A stretch of 64,000 bases of DNA from Polyangiales bacterium. Lineage in GTDB: Bacteria; Myxococcota_A; Polyangia; Polyangiales; JADJQN01. The notes under the pieces were generated by a model. That model saw only the letters and a program-made list of their open reading frames with translations. It searched no databases and had not been told where the DNA came from. The DNA lies in NCBI GenBank assembly GCA_964202905.1, contig CAXNJO010000012.1:86308-150307 (forward strand), written 5' to 3'. Shown piece by piece: positions 34,114-45,528 of the stretch. How positions within the stretch are numbered: the first letter of the stretch is position 1; the number at the start of each line of letters is the position of its first letter. The position numbers and the translations under genes are program-made.

Positions 34114-34775
34114 GCGAGCAGCCCGATCGCCGCGATGACGAGGCTCACGCCGACGAGCATCCCGCCGATTCCGCGCAACACACCGACGCCCTCGTCACTC
34201 GCGACGACCATCGCAGACTCCGTGCGGTACGTGATCTGCGGGGGACACGCCGGGTCGTCGACCGCCTCCCACACCACGGCGCGCCCGCGATAGGGCCCCT
34301 CGTCGCCCGCGGCTGCGCGCTCGCGCGGCTCGAAGCACGCGACGAGCTCGATCTCCTCGCCCGCGCGGAGCCTGCGCTCGGCGGTGAGGCCCTCGTCCGC
34401 GTCGAGCGTCGCGGCATCCACGAGGGCGTGCGTCGGATCGACCAGCAGTCGACCGGTGCCATCGTCGAGCCAGAACGCGTGCGCGCGCGTGTCGTGGACG
34501 ACCTCGCGGAGCAGGGGCACCGCGCGCGACCCGATCAGGCGGTATTCCGCGCGCTCGAGGTAGACGCACGCAGCGCCATCGACGCCGCTCGCCGTCGTCT
34601 CGATGGGCACCACGCGCCCCGTGACGCGGAAGCGGCCGCGCTCGAGCTCGTCGATGGTCGAGCGACGCGCCGCATCCGCGGGCAGCACGGCGGCGAGCCG
34701 CCGACGGCGCGCGAGAAAGAGGAGCGAGAGCCCCGACATCGCGGACCCGAGCACCCAGCCCCACACCCCGATCAC
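34110..34775 (-). CDS. Membrane protein, GIDE/E3-ligase-like domain possible
   Basis: N- and C-terminal TMs; RVTGRV...SGVDGAACVY...FWLDDGTGRLLVDP...ERRL pattern. Confidence 0.6.
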   Translation of the reverse strand: MIGVWGWVLGSAMSGLSLLFLARRRRLAAVLPADAARRSTIDELERGRFRVTGRVVPIETTASGVDGAACVYLERAEYRLIGSRAVPLLREVVHDTRAHAFWLDDGTGRLLVDPTHALVDAATLDADEGLTAERRLRAGEEIELVACFEPRERAAAGDEGPYRGRAVVWEAVDDPACPPQITYRTESAMVVASDEGVGVLRGIGGMLVGVSLVIAAIGLLA

Positions 34776-34912
34776 GCGCGCCTCCTCGCGCGCACGGCGA
34801 CGCGCCCGCGCAGCCTGACACGCCCCCCCACGCGTCGCGAGGCCGCCGCGCCCCGCCTGCACCCGCGCTTCGTTTGACCCCGCGCAGGGCCGCACGCATC
34901 ATCGCGCGCGCC

Positions 34913-35857
34913 ATGCGCGAAGCTCGCGAAGCGTCGGCGGCGCCCGCGTGCGTCGTCCCGGGCAACCACGACGGCGTACACCGCGGACACCGCGCGCTCA
35001 TCGACGCCGCGCGCGCGTGGGCGAGCCCGCGCGGCCTGCGCGTCGTCGCGCTCACCTTCGATCCCCACCCGCTGCGGCTGCTCGCCCCGGAGCGCGCCCC
35101 GGCGACGCTGACGACGATGACGCGTCGCGTCGAACTCCTGCGCGGGGCGGGCTGCGACGCGGTGCTCGTCGCGCGCTTCGATGCGGATTTCGCCGCGCAG
35201 TCTCCGGAGGCCTTCGTCGACGACGTGCTCGTGCGGGACCTCGGCGCCCGCGGCGTGGTGCTCGGGCCGGACTTCCGCTTCGGCGCGCGGCGGGCGGGCG
35301 ACCGTGCGCTGCTCGCGTCGCTCGGGGACGCGCGCGGGTTCGCCGTCGTGCCCGTCGCGCCCCTCTGCGACGATGCGGGCCCGGTGTCGTCGTCGCGCGT
35401 GCGCGCGCTGCTGCGCGAGGGCGACGTGGCGGGCGCCGTGGGGCTGCTCGGCCGCGTGCACGACGTCGACGGCGAGGTGGTGCGCGGCGATCAGCGCGGG
35501 CGAACGCTCGGCTTCCCAACCGCGAACCTCCGCCCGCCGGACGTGCTCCTGCCCGCGGACGGCGTGTACGCGGTCGTCGCGCGGCGTCTCGACGCCCCCG
35601 GCGCACCGCTGCTCGGCGGCGTGGCGAACCTCGGCGTGCGCCCGACGCTCGGCGCGGGACGCTCCGTCGAGGTGCACCTCTTCGACTGGCACGGCGACCT
35701 CTACGGTGCTCCGCTGCGCGTCGGCTTCGTCGCGCGGCTGCGCGAGGAGCGTCGCTTCGGGGGGCTCGACGCGCTCGTGGCGCAGATCCGCAAGGACGCC
35801 GACGACGCGAGGGAGCACGTCCGCGGACGTGAGCAGGAGTACGGTCGATGGCTGTGA
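34913..35857 (+). CDS. ribF: Bifunctional riboflavin kinase/FAD synthetase
   Basis: GNHDGVHRGH, TFDPHP, GPDFRFG, SSSRVR, GRTLGFPTAN, GVRPT and EVHLFD motifs. Confidence 0.95.
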   Translation: MREAREASAAPACVVPGNHDGVHRGHRALIDAARAWASPRGLRVVALTFDPHPLRLLAPERAPATLTTMTRRVELLRGAGCDAVLVARFDADFAAQSPEAFVDDVLVRDLGARGVVLGPDFRFGARRAGDRALLASLGDARGFAVVPVAPLCDDAGPVSSSRVRALLREGDVAGAVGLLGRVHDVDGEVVRGDQRGRTLGFPTANLRPPDVLLPADGVYAVVARRLDAPGAPLLGGVANLGVRPTLGAGRSVEVHLFDWHGDLYGAPLRVGFVARLREERRFGGLDALVAQIRKDADDAREHVRGREQEYGRWL

Positions 35858-36885
35858 AGAGACTCGAAGACGCGGCGCGACGCTTGGTGAAGAAGATCGC
35901 GGACCTCGCGCTCGGACCGGTGGCCGACCCCGCCGCGGCGACGCGGACGCCCCCTGCGGCCGCCCAACCGGCCGCGCGCACCGCAGCGACCTCCCCTGTC
36001 GCGACCGCCACCGCCGCGACCCCGCCCCAGGCGTCGACACCGACCGACGCGGGCACGCACGACGAGACCGCCGCCCGCGCAGCGACGGTGCCCGACGCCA
36101 CCTCCGCCGAGGCCTCTCCCATCCGCACGCGCACGCTCGCCCGCTTGCTGGCCGCGCAGGGGTACACCGCGCGCGCGCTCGCCATGTACGACGCCCTCCT
36201 CGCGGCGAGCCCGGACGACCTCACGCTCGTCGAAGAGGCCTCGGCCCTGCGCGCGCCTTCCGGGGCGCCGGTCGGCGTCGGCATCGGCCCGATCCATCCC
36301 CCCTCCGCGGTGTACGGACGCGATCAAATCACCGCCGCCGTCGTCGACGGGGGCACCCTCTTCGTCCACTGGGAGAGCACGCCCGCTGGCGCCGCGCGCG
36401 CACGCAGCGTCGCCGAGAGCGCAGGCCGCAGCGCCGGAGAGCGCGCCCCCGAGGGCGAGCCCGGCCTCGCGCTGCGCGTCGTCGTGCTGCACGCCGACGC
36501 CGCCGGCGTCGTCCGCAGTGAAGCCCTCGAGCGCGCGGACGCTCCGTCCGGCGGCGAGACCTTCGTGACCGGCCTGCCCGCCGAGGCGACGCTCTTCGCA
36601 GCGCTCGGCGTGCGGCGCGGCGAGCGCTTCGTCGCCATCACGCACGCCCCCGCGGCCTACACACCGCCCGCTCGGCCCGCTGCCCTCCCCGCCCTCGAGT
36701 TCGCGCCGCCACCGCCGCCCCCGGCCTCTGCCCTCGACGCGACGCCGCCCGCGACACCCCGCGCGACGCCGCTCGCGCCGACGCGTGCCGCCGAGGTCCT
36801 GCGCCAAGCGGAGGCCCTCGTGCGCCCCGCCGAGTGGCCGCACGCCTCGGAGCTCGCCGCCGCGCAGCGTCCCGAGCGCGCGTAA
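35848..36885 (+). CDS. Hypothetical protein
   Basis: 345-aa ORF overlapping the ribF end; TRTLARLLAAQG and LFVHWE segments. Confidence 0.65.
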   Translation: MAVKRLEDAARRLVKKIADLALGPVADPAAATRTPPAAAQPAARTAATSPVATATAATPPQASTPTDAGTHDETAARAATVPDATSAEASPIRTRTLARLLAAQGYTARALAMYDALLAASPDDLTLVEEASALRAPSGAPVGVGIGPIHPPSAVYGRDQITAAVVDGGTLFVHWESTPAGAARARSVAESAGRSAGERAPEGEPGLALRVVVLHADAAGVVRSEALERADAPSGGETFVTGLPAEATLFAALGVRRGERFVAITHAPAAYTPPARPAALPALEFAPPPPPPASALDATPPATPRATPLAPTRAAEVLRQAEALVRPAEWPHASELAAAQRPERA

Positions 36886-37054
36886 ACGCGCCATCCGACG
36901 CCACGCACACCGCGGCGGCGCAACACATCTCCCGGCGCGCCGCGCCGCGCAGCCACCGCGGCCCGCGCACGCGACGCCCACGCGTCGGCGTCACGCCTCG
37001 ACGAACACACGCCCCCGGCAACTGCATGCGCGCGCCGTTCGATGAGCGCGCCCG

Positions 37055-37516
37055 ATGCGCCCGCGCGCCCACGCCCCCTCGCATCGTTCGGCGCGCCCTC
37101 GGGTCGTGACCAGCGCTGTCCGCGCCTCGCCTCCGCAGACCTTCGCCAGCGCGATGCTGCGGCTGGGGCTCGGGCTCGCGGGTGCGTTCGTCACTGCCGC
37201 ATGCAGCAGCGCACACGGCGCAGTCCCTGCGCTCGTGGTCGGCGGCGTGCTCACGCGCACGCAAGGCGCAGAACGCGCGAGCGACGCCGCCACGCAATCG
37301 CGTGAAGGCTGGACGGCGCGCGTCGACGTCTCCCTCGCCTGGCTCCCCGCGCCTCCTGCGGCGGTTCCTGCGCCACGCCCCGCGCCGGTCGTCGCGCGTC
37401 CCGCCCCCGAGCGGCCGGCGTCCGCGCCGTGCGCATCGGCGCGCCTCTGTGCCTGGGAGCGCACCGCGCGCAACCGGACGCTGCAACGCCTCGCCCCCAA
37501 GGAGCCCCCACGATGA
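37055..37516 (+). CDS. Hypothetical protein
   Basis: Hydrophobic signal-like segment; stop overlaps the next ATG (ATGA); start uncertain. Confidence 0.4.
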   Translation: MRPRAHAPSHRSARPRVVTSAVRASPPQTFASAMLRLGLGLAGAFVTAACSSAHGAVPALVVGGVLTRTQGAERASDAATQSREGWTARVDVSLAWLPAPPAAVPAPRPAPVVARPAPERPASAPCASARLCAWERTARNRTLQRLAPKEPPR

Positions 37517-38206
37517 CCCAGACCCGCTCGCCGCTCTCGATCCTTCGCACAGTCCTGCTCAGTCGCCCTCGCTGCGTTCGCCCTCCACCTCGTGCTGCCC
37601 GCCCCTGCCGCACGCGCGCAGCCCGACCCGAATGGCCCCTTCGACGACGCGCTCCCCGACGCGCCGCCCCCTGAAGCGGACTCGCTCCACGCAGCCCTCG
37701 CCGCGTACGCGCACGAGCCGCCGGTCGAGCGCGTGGTCGCCGCGGCGCTCCGCGCGGCCGACACCTCTCCGACGCTGGCCCGCGAGGCGGCCCGGCGGGC
37801 ACGACTCTCCGGCTGGTTGCCGACCGCCCGCGTCGGCGTGCGCCGGGGAACGGGGCGCGACCTCGCGTTGCAGAGCACGGACCTGCTCGACCGCACCAAC
37901 CTCACCACCGACGACTCGCTCTCCCTCGACGGCGCGCTGATCTTCCGGCTCGATCGGCTCGTGTTCGCGCGCGAGGAGGTCGCCCTGCTCCGCGAAGAGC
38001 GCGCCCTCGCCGAAGAGCGCGACGCGCTCGTGCGTGACGTCGTGCATCTCTATTTCGAGCGACGCCGCCTCCAGCTCGAGCGCGACCTGCTCGGCCGAAC
38101 GGGGCCCGCCGCGGCCGTGCGGATCGCAGAGACCACCGCGCTGCTCGACGCCCTCACGCGCGGCGCGTTCTCCCACCTCGCGCAGCAGCGACCGCGCGCA
38201 CGCTGA
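37513..38206 (+). CDS. Secreted hypothetical protein, TolC-like helical motif (frameshift near 37561)
   Basis: AAGGAG RBS; signal peptide MTQTRSPLSILRTVLL continues as VALAAFALHLVLPAPAARA in another frame; RARLSGWLP...LDRLVF...LYFERRRLQ...LDALTRG. Confidence 0.65.
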
Positions 38207-38318
38207 CGCACTGCCCCCATGTGGACGGGCGAGCCGTTCACGCGGTCACCCACGACGGACGGCACATCTCCAAAGCGACGGGGCACCGCGGACCTCCCCC
38301 GCCAACGACCCGCGGGCC

Positions 38319-40010
38319 CTAGGCGGGGACCCGCACCAGCGATGCGACGAACGGCCCGCGCAGCCCCGCGATCACGGCGCCGAGCAGACCGACGACGAAG
38401 ACCAGCGACGCCGAGCCGAGCATCGCAGCGCCGGCGGGCGGGAGCGGATGCGCCGCGAGGAGCGTGGACGCCGCACACATCGCCACCGCGAGCACGGCCA
38501 GGCGTCCGCGGCGCGCCGGCGGGAGCGCACCGAGCCGCGACGCGAGCAGCGCGACGACCACCGCGCCGAGCCCGCCCCCCAAGGCCCCGGCGAGCCCTTG
38601 CCCCGCGCCGAAGCCGCCGCCGAGCGCGCACGCCGCGAAGAGCGCCGCAGCGAGCCCGCGCCGCGCCAGTTCGAGCCCCCCGCCCACGGCACCGTCGGTG
38701 GGCCCGCACGCGAGCCGGAACCAGAGCAGCGCCGCGCACAGCGGTACCGGCCCCTCGAGCAGACCGAGGCCCAGCGGCGCATCCGACTGCGCCTCCGCGA
38801 TCCCCGCGAACCGCGCCGTCCCGGCCGCGACCAACAGCGCGCCGAGCGCGCAGCAGGCCGCGAACTCGCCGAGGAGCGTCGCCCCCAGCCGCGCGCGCAA
38901 CGCCGCGCGCCCCTGCGTCGCGAGCACCAACACGCGCAGGGCCACGAGCGCGCCGAGCGCAGCGACGGCGTCGACGCCGTCGGGCAGCGGCACGCCCCCC
39001 GAAAGCAGCGCGGCGGTCACCCCCGCGCCGAGCGCCGCCACGAACTCACGCCGCGTCGGTCGCACGCGCCCCACCCCGCGGAGCGCGTCCCGCGCGGCGT
39101 CGAGGCGAGGACCGATCGGCGTGAAGCGCAGGAGCACGGCGAGCCACACGAGCGCGAGCCAGCCGGCGGCCCAGGACCACTCCGGGTCCGGCGCGCCACC
39201 CAGCCCGCGCAACGACAGCGTCAACGACAGCGGCGCGGCCTCTCCGCCGCGCACCACGCGCCAGTGCAGCGCGCGCGCGCCAGGCGGTGGCGCGAGGTCG
39301 GCGCTCGACGTGACGAGCGCGCCCTCGCTCTCGCGCACCACATCGCCGACACGCAGGCCCGCCGCGGCCGCGCGGCTCCCCGGGAGGAGAGTTGCGACAC
39401 GCACGCCATCGGCCTCCAGTTCCGCCTGCGGCTCGACGCCGAGGAAGTCGAGCAGCCCTGCCGCCGCACGCCCCCGGGCGAGCTCGCCGGAGAAGCGCGC
39501 GGCCGTGGGCGGGACGAAGAGCACGACGACCTCCTCGCGCGCCCCGGACACCGACGCGGCGCCGGAGACCGCGGCGGCGAACGCGATCTCGACGCGACCG
39601 CGGAACGTCCCGCCCCCGCCGAGCGCGTCGAGCAGCGCGTCGTCCACGCGCAACTCGGCACGTTCCGCCGAGACCGCCCGCACCGCGCGCTCGAGCGTGA
39701 CCGCGCGCGGCGCCTCCGCGGGCCGTCGCACCACCCCCGCGAGCGCGAGACGCCCGTCGCGCCCCGGCGGGAACCCGCTCCCCTCGATGCGCAACACCTC
39801 ACCGCGCTCGACGCGCGCGGGACCGAGCGCGCGGACCTCGAGCAGCCGCGCCGCAGGCGGCGTCGCGCACCCCGTTCCGCCCAGCAAGGCCACGAGGCCG
39901 AGCGCCCCGACGAGCGCCGCGACGCGTCGCAGGTCCGCCCCGCGCCCGGGCGCCGAAACGTCGCCGGACGAGACGCCCGACGACACGGTGGTGCGGATCG
40001 ACGCAGACAC
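38319..40010 (-). CDS. Lipoprotein-like protein with PDZ domain and polytopic membrane C-terminus
   Basis: Lipobox-like GGTG-C; PDZ GVRVATLLPGSRAAAAGLRVGDVV; multiple C-terminal TMs; start uncertain. Confidence 0.6.
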   Translation of the reverse strand: MSASIRTTVSSGVSSGDVSAPGRGADLRRVAALVGALGLVALLGGTGCATPPAARLLEVRALGPARVERGEVLRIEGSGFPPGRDGRLALAGVVRRPAEAPRAVTLERAVRAVSAERAELRVDDALLDALGGGGTFRGRVEIAFAAAVSGAASVSGAREEVVVLFVPPTAARFSGELARGRAAAGLLDFLGVEPQAELEADGVRVATLLPGSRAAAAGLRVGDVVRESEGALVTSSADLAPPPGARALHWRVVRGGEAAPLSLTLSLRGLGGAPDPEWSWAAGWLALVWLAVLLRFTPIGPRLDAARDALRGVGRVRPTRREFVAALGAGVTAALLSGGVPLPDGVDAVAALGALVALRVLVLATQGRAALRARLGATLLGEFAACCALGALLVAAGTARFAGIAEAQSDAPLGLGLLEGPVPLCAALLWFRLACGPTDGAVGGGLELARRGLAAALFAACALGGGFGAGQGLAGALGGGLGAVVVALLASRLGALPPARRGRLAVLAVAMCAASTLLAAHPLPPAGAAMLGSASLVFVVGLLGAVIAGLRGPFVASLVRVPA

Positions 40011-40078
40011 AGGAGCCGCCGACCATCGCCGCCGCCCCCCGCCCGGTCAACTTCCGCGCGCCCCGCGCGGGTCCAGCG

Positions 40079-40107
40079 TTGACAGCCGACCGACCGAATG
40101 CTAACTC
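40079..40107 (+). promoter_or_regulatory. Sigma70-type promoter of tRNA-Ala
   Basis: TTGACA-N17-TAACTC with extended TG, just upstream of the tRNA. Confidence 0.5.
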
Positions 40108-40121
40108 GCGGCTCTTCGTTT

Positions 40122-40197
40122 GGGGTCCTAGCTCAGTTGGGAGAGCGTCTCGATGGCATCGAGAAGGTCAGGGGTTCGATTCCCCTGGACTCCACCA
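40122..40197 (+). tRNA. tRNA-Ala(GGC)
   Basis: Cloverleaf: acceptor GGGGTCC/GGACTCC with G3:U70, D-arm GCTC/GAGC, anticodon arm TCTCG-ATGGCAT-CGAGA, T-loop TTCGATT, encoded CCA. Confidence 0.97.
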
Positions 40198-40450
40198 GAA
40201 TTCTCTTGTGATTTCGCATAGTTAGACCCACCTCTAGGACCCGCGTGCTCCGCGCATATTCAGCTGCGTGCGCATTTCCTCGCCGAACTGCGCCGAAGTC
40301 GAGGGGTCGCAGACATGAGCGTGCCCCGCGCCTGTTGCAGAGGACGGTCTCGTCTTCGATGCGGGAGGACGGGATCGACTCACGCACGTTCATGCGTCAG
40401 CAGCAGCCGGATCGATCGCGGGTCGTCGTGGCCGACGAAGCGTCGTTCCT

Positions 40451-41883
40451 CATGAGTGATCGGTTAAAGCGCGCGCCTTCGAGAAAGCTTGTTCTTCGCG
40501 CGGGCGGGGGCCTTCCAGCCGCGGAGTTGATCGAGAATCGATGGCTTGCTCCTCCAGTTCGGGTCCTTTCCCACGTGCACGATCACGGCGGCGAGGTGTT
40601 CCCACTCACGGGCGGCGGCTTCGCCCTCGAGGTGGAACGCACACGCGATGCGGTAGGCACATTGCGCGACCATGAGCGCAACGAGCCGGTGGTGCAGCGG
40701 TGCCTCGTTCCGCGGACCTGCGGCGGGCCGATGCGCCAGGTTGTGTCGGTGGACGATCGAGCCGATCAGGACCGACGCGATCATGGAGGCGTGCAGCAGC
40801 GCGTTCACGGCCGCAGGGCGCTGCGCGTCGATCTCGTCGAGTCGCAGATTCGACTTGTCGAGTTTGTTGCTGCTCTCGACCTCCCAGCGCACGCGGTAGA
40901 GGTCGGCCACCGAGTGCGGGCCGACCGAGCGCGGCAGGTTCGTCAGGTAGAAGCGATGACCTTTGGTAGGCGCGAGCACGCCGACGAGTCGCATCGGGAG
41001 CGCGTCGCCCCCGAGGGTGACGTCGACGTCGATGACGTTGCCGACTTCGAGGAAGACGTCATCGAGGAAGAGATCGAGATCGGTCCCTGGCACGAAGGTC
41101 TTCTTGAGGTCGGCGCGGGCGACTCTGGTGACCTTCGGCTTCCAGTTGTGCTTGAGCCGAACAACCACTTTCACGCCGAACTCCTGGCACCGTCGCAGGC
41201 GCTCGAAGCTTGCGTAGCCGAGGTCGACCAGGAGCCCCATCCCGCGCCAGCTCTCGTCGATCGTGAGATGGGTCGAGTCGTGTTCGCGCGCGGGACTGAA
41301 GTGGTAGTCGACGACCGTGCCGCAGCCGACCGAGACCGTCTTGTGAACCTTCACCGCGGCGTAGTCACCCGCGCCGGGATACACGGCCTGCAGCGCGGGA
41401 TGGAGCTTCACCGTCGTGCTGTCGACGATGCGCCAGTCACGCACGCCGCCGAGCACACCGGGGAGATCCACCTCCTGGGCTCGCGCGAACGAGAGCGCGA
41501 TCTGCGCGAGCTCCGCGGTCGCCTTCTCGAGCGGTGGCCCGAACCAGTCGTAGAACGAGCCGCGAGCGATCCTCGGCGCGCCCGCCTCGAAGTACTGCCG
41601 CATCATGTCGGCCTGGCGTCCGCCCGAGGGGCTCGACGCCGACACCAGCATCGTGCGCAGAAACGTCAGCGCGTCGCGCTTCCGGTCGCGCTGGTGGAAG
41701 CCCGTCGCGGTCGCGACCTCCAGCAGCACCTCGTCCGGAAGCAGGGTCCGCAGCAAATCCTGAAGTTCGGCTCCGTCCATGGTGGCGGAGAAGATCAGGT
41801 CCCCGCGCGACCCGCAACCTGGTTCGGCAGCGAGGACGCAACCGATCGAACTCGTTCAGTTTTTTGTTAACCGGCCATCTATG
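40451..41883 (-). mobile_element. IS4-family insertion sequence (1433 bp)
   Basis: Imperfect 17-bp TIRs CATGAGTGATCGGTTAA / TTAACCGGCCATCTATG; transposase stop lies within the left TIR; flanks GTTCCT / GTTCTCT resemble a target duplication. Confidence 0.8.
40464..41780 (-). CDS. IS4-family DDE transposase
   Basis: IVDST, LVDLGY and YREK signature [16 protein letters not shown]. Confidence 0.92.
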   Translation of the reverse strand: MDGAELQDLLRTLLPDEVLLEVATATGFHQRDRKRDALTFLRTMLVSASSPSGGRQADMMRQYFEAGAPRIARGSFYDWFGPPLEKATAELAQIALSFARAQEVDLPGVLGGVRDWRIVDSTTVKLHPALQAVYPGAGDYAAVKVHKTVSVGCGTVVDYHFSPAREHDSTHLTIDESWRGMGLLVDLGYASFERLRRCQEFGVKVVVRLKHNWKPKVTRVARADLKKTFVPGTDLDLFLDDVFLEVGNVIDVDVTLGGDALPMRLVGVLAPTKGHRFYLTNLPRSVGPHSVADLYRVRWEVESSNKLDKSNLRLDEIDAQRPAAVNALLHASMIASVLIGSIVHRHNLAHRPAAGPRNEAPLHHRLVALMVAQCAYRIACAFHLEGEAAAREWEHLAAVIVHVGKDPNWRSKPSILDQLRGWKAPARAKNKLSRRRAL

Positions 41884-41937
41884 GTTCTCTACAGCGCGTC
41901 GTCAGAACGGCGAGCGCTTCGCCGTCTCTTGATCACC

Positions 41938-42210
41938 ATGCCGGAACCCCGACGCAGGAAGCCCAAGCATCCGCTGCTCGACACTCACTACATGGAGGGC
42001 TTCTTGGGCTTCGGAACGCCCGAAGACCCAGTGGATGTCGAGGCCATGCCGTGGCCCGCGCGCGTGGCGACGTTCCTCCTCGCCTTCGATGGACAGATGG
42101 GAAACGGCGGCGCGCAGTTCTGGATCACCAATGAGTGGCGCGTGCACGACGCGGCGCTCCTCGACGCGCTCGGTGAGATCCGCTCGCCGCTCGCGAGGGA
42201 GGTCAGCAAG
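41938..42210 (+). pseudogene. Truncated DMP19/DUF4375-like gene
   Basis: FDGQMGNGGAQFWITN...ALLDALGEIRSP motif; protein-like sequence and GC3 bias end at about 42210. Confidence 0.5.
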
Positions 42211-42583
42211 TACGGTTCCCCGCGCCTTCCTGTCGCCTTTACTTTTCGGAGAGTGCTCCGGTACCCTCCGGGCGGGAGCGCAGGCCCGCACCACTCCGCA
42301 TCCTGCGGTCCCGGCCCGAGGATGGTCACGCGAGAGTATTTGGGGGTCCGACGACACACGGAAGGCGCCGCGGGGACGGTCGTTCCCCGCCGGCTAGGGC
42401 GGCGGGAAAGCAACCCATGCAAAATCCTGTGCAGCTTGTGCTGATGATTCGGTCTCGGACCGCGGCGCGTTCGATTCTCGGTTGGCCTACACACCGGCCG
42501 GGCGGGCGACCGGGGGAACACCTCAAAGGCGCCGACGGCGGAACGTCACCGGCTGCAGGGCCCGCCGCGGAGAGTCACGCCTG

Positions 42584-45524
42584 ATGTGGCAGCGGACACA
42601 ATTGAGTTTCAACGAGTGGACGAGCAAGCTCGTGCAGTACTTTTTCGGCGCACCCAGCGGAAGCGCCGAGTACGGGAGACCCGTTCGCCATCTGGCTGTC
42701 ACCAACTCGGAGATCATGCATGCGGCCGGAAACGTCCACGCGTCGGAGGACGCCGCCCGGCAGGATCTCATCACCGTATTCCGGAACCAGCTCCAGACGG
42801 ATCAGTTTAGTTTAATCTACCGTCCCGTTGGGTCATGCCCAGACCATCTGGAGCTGCCGCAGAGCGTGGTCGCGCTCTTCATCAGCTTGGTGGCTGCCGA
42901 ATACACTACGAGCCAGACCTACAGGACTTCGTTTGATGAGATCTGTGGCAACGGCAAACGCAATGACACAGCGACGCTCCCCGAGCTTTGGGAGGAACTG
43001 CAGAAGTGGCTAGAACAGTGTCGGGCGTTGGGCTCCGACTATTCGGTTCGTTCCCTACTGTTGCCTCCGCGCCGGACGCGATCGGATGGCGGAATATCTC
43101 CTACTCGTTGGCCCTTTCCTTCCCGAAGCGCACTGATCGCGACAAGATTCGCGAGGAGTTTGAATCGCTAGCGACGCGACCCGGATCCGAGCATCAGCGC
43201 GATGATTGCAGCCCTCCAGCGGATCGAAGCGAGGTTCACTGCCGGTTTCCGCGAGTTCTTTGATGACTTCAAGCACGAGAGCGCCAACCGACGCACGCAC
43301 CCCTTCTGGGGAGCGATGCGAGACGCATGGTGCGAAGTCTCAGGGCTTCCTCCAGAGGAGGAACTTGCCATCCGATTGTGCGCTTCGGTCATCGACGGTG
43401 ACGTCCACCCATACGCCCTCGCCCGAGAGCAGGAACCGCCGTTCGGTTCGGCTTTGCCGCCACCGAGGCGCCCCATCTCGACGAGGACGTGGCGCTTCGT
43501 CGTAACCGATGGTGAAGGCCAACCGGAGACGTTTGTTGCGGAGCTCTTGGCCAACAGGACGCGCGTGCCGGGCGTGACGCGAGACGTTGAGCGGGGCGTG
43601 GTTGCATTCGAGGAAAGCTCCGCCACCTACGTCTGGGTTGGGGGTGTTCCGAGAGCGGGCCGGGGCGCCGTACTCGTCAGGGGCGACGGTCCAACGCTCG
43701 CCTCTTTGCGCCATCTGGTCGTCGGACGAGGAGGAATCATCCCCGAACCTCGGGCAACCGCTTTCGGGGGATGGCTATTTGCCAGCGAGGTGTGCTTTGG
43801 AGCCGACGCGGAGGACGCTGAACGGCTTTCCCTTCTCACGACCCCTGCGAGCGTTCGCATCCTCGAAGGAAGCGGCGTCCGCTTGAGGGCCGGCTTCTTC
43901 GGTCATTCCGTCTTTCTGCCACACATCGCGGCAGACATGGCGACCCGCCTGGTGGCCTCTCCCCGCGACGCAGAATCCGTGACCACCGAACTCATCCAGG
44001 AGGGAACCTCTTGGGCCTTCCCTACGCAGGACATCCATGGGCGATGGACCATTCAGGCGCTTGGAGAGAACGGACTCTTGGTTGGCAGTCTTGCGTTGGA
44101 GTTCACGGACGCTCCAGCGCACAGTGAGTTCCACGCGCCAACGACCGCTCAGCGAGAGCGTATGCTCGTCGAGGGATCACGCACGGACGAATCGACGCTG
44201 CATGAGGCACTCCCGTTGTTCTCCTTGGCTGGTGATGAGCGTGCGTTTCCGGGAGATGGGCTCGTGTACTTGGGCCCGGTGGTGGGCGAGTTTGGTCTCG
44301 AGCCGGCGCCGGGCCTCGACTGGCTCGCAGATCTGCAGAACAAGCGACTGACTTTCGTCGGCGACCCATTGGCGCCTACGCCGTCCGTCAGGAGAGTACT
44401 CGGCCAGTCCGCCGCACGGCGTTGGCGCAGGTGCTTTGGGCAGTTCCGGGTTGACCCTCTTCCCGAAGGACCGGCACAAGCACTCGACGCGTACCGGCGT
44501 CTCGCCAAACAGCAAAATCTGCCTCGCACCATAGCGGAGTCGGTTGCGCCCACGGCGCAGCAGTTCCATCGGGGCCCGATACCAACCGTCGCTCCATTGC
44601 CAGGCGTCGAGCATTTCCGCGCCGGGTTGGCTGCAGTAGCGGCGACGCGTCACGGCATTGACGAAGCCGCGCTATTTCAGCTCATCGATCGCGCGTTCGG
44701 CTCCCTCGGCTGGAGTGTCAAGTGGGACCTCATTCGCGCATGGGCCGAGGCAGGCGTGTTGGAGCCGGCTCGCGACGCGCGGTGGCCCGCGAGGCGCTAC
44801 TTCGTTCGGCGACCAAGGCTTGTCTTCACCGATGCCACGAAGCGCCGAGCGGTGGTTGCTGGTCTCGTCACGAGCGCGGTCCGACAGCGCGTCGAGGCCA
44901 TCGCCGCACGAGAGAAACGGCGCACCGAGCATAACCGATCAATCTCGCCCTGGGCGCCGACGCTCCTGACGGTTGACGACCCGGCTGCCCTGGAGTCCAC
45001 GGCTGACGAGCGGTGAGGGTTTTGGCGCCGCTCAGACCGTCCCGATCCTCGACGACATCATCATACCAGTTAGTTCACTGGTGCAACGTTCGCCGCGGTC
45101 TCAGCATCACGAATCGGGAGAGCATACGAGATTCTGGTCACGCGAACTCGGTCGATTTGTCGGGGCGAGCGCACCACCTTCGGGCGAAGTCGTTTGCATC
45201 GTTCAAAGGCCTGGACACCCAGACAGATACGACGTGCTCAGCAATGGCAGCGTGATGTGGTCGACTCACTCGCGTACGTGGGCGTTTCTCACTGCGCTCG
45301 ACCTACGTCACGAGTCTCCCTTCACGTTCGATGGACGCATCGTGTCGCTTCCCTCCCAGAGCCAGGTGCGCCTCCCGCTTGGACTCGCGCAAGCTCTAAC
45401 CTTTCGAAACGCTTCGCCGGGGCCTCTCCTCGGGGGCACGTACGGCTACTGTTTTCGGGACCGCGGCGATGCGATCGCGGTTCTCGGTCACCTGCTTCCC
45501 GGTCTCGACCTCCCAAAGGATTGA
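42584..45524 (+). CDS. About 980-aa unknown protein, DruH-like position (three indels near 43069, 43175 and 45010)
   Basis: Four overlapping ORF pieces (MWQRTQLSFNEW..., ...WRNISYSLALSFPKRTDR..., ...HPFWGAMR...RAWAEAG...RPRL..., ...LPLGLAQAL...) join into one protein ending 4 nt before the helicase ATG. Confidence 0.6.
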
Positions 45525-45528
45525 ACGA

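Noticed and set aside
42393..42420. GCGGCGGGAAAGCAACCC as a tRNA/att remnant
   Set aside because: Only weak similarity to the reverse complement of the tRNA-Ala T-arm; not a credible att duplication
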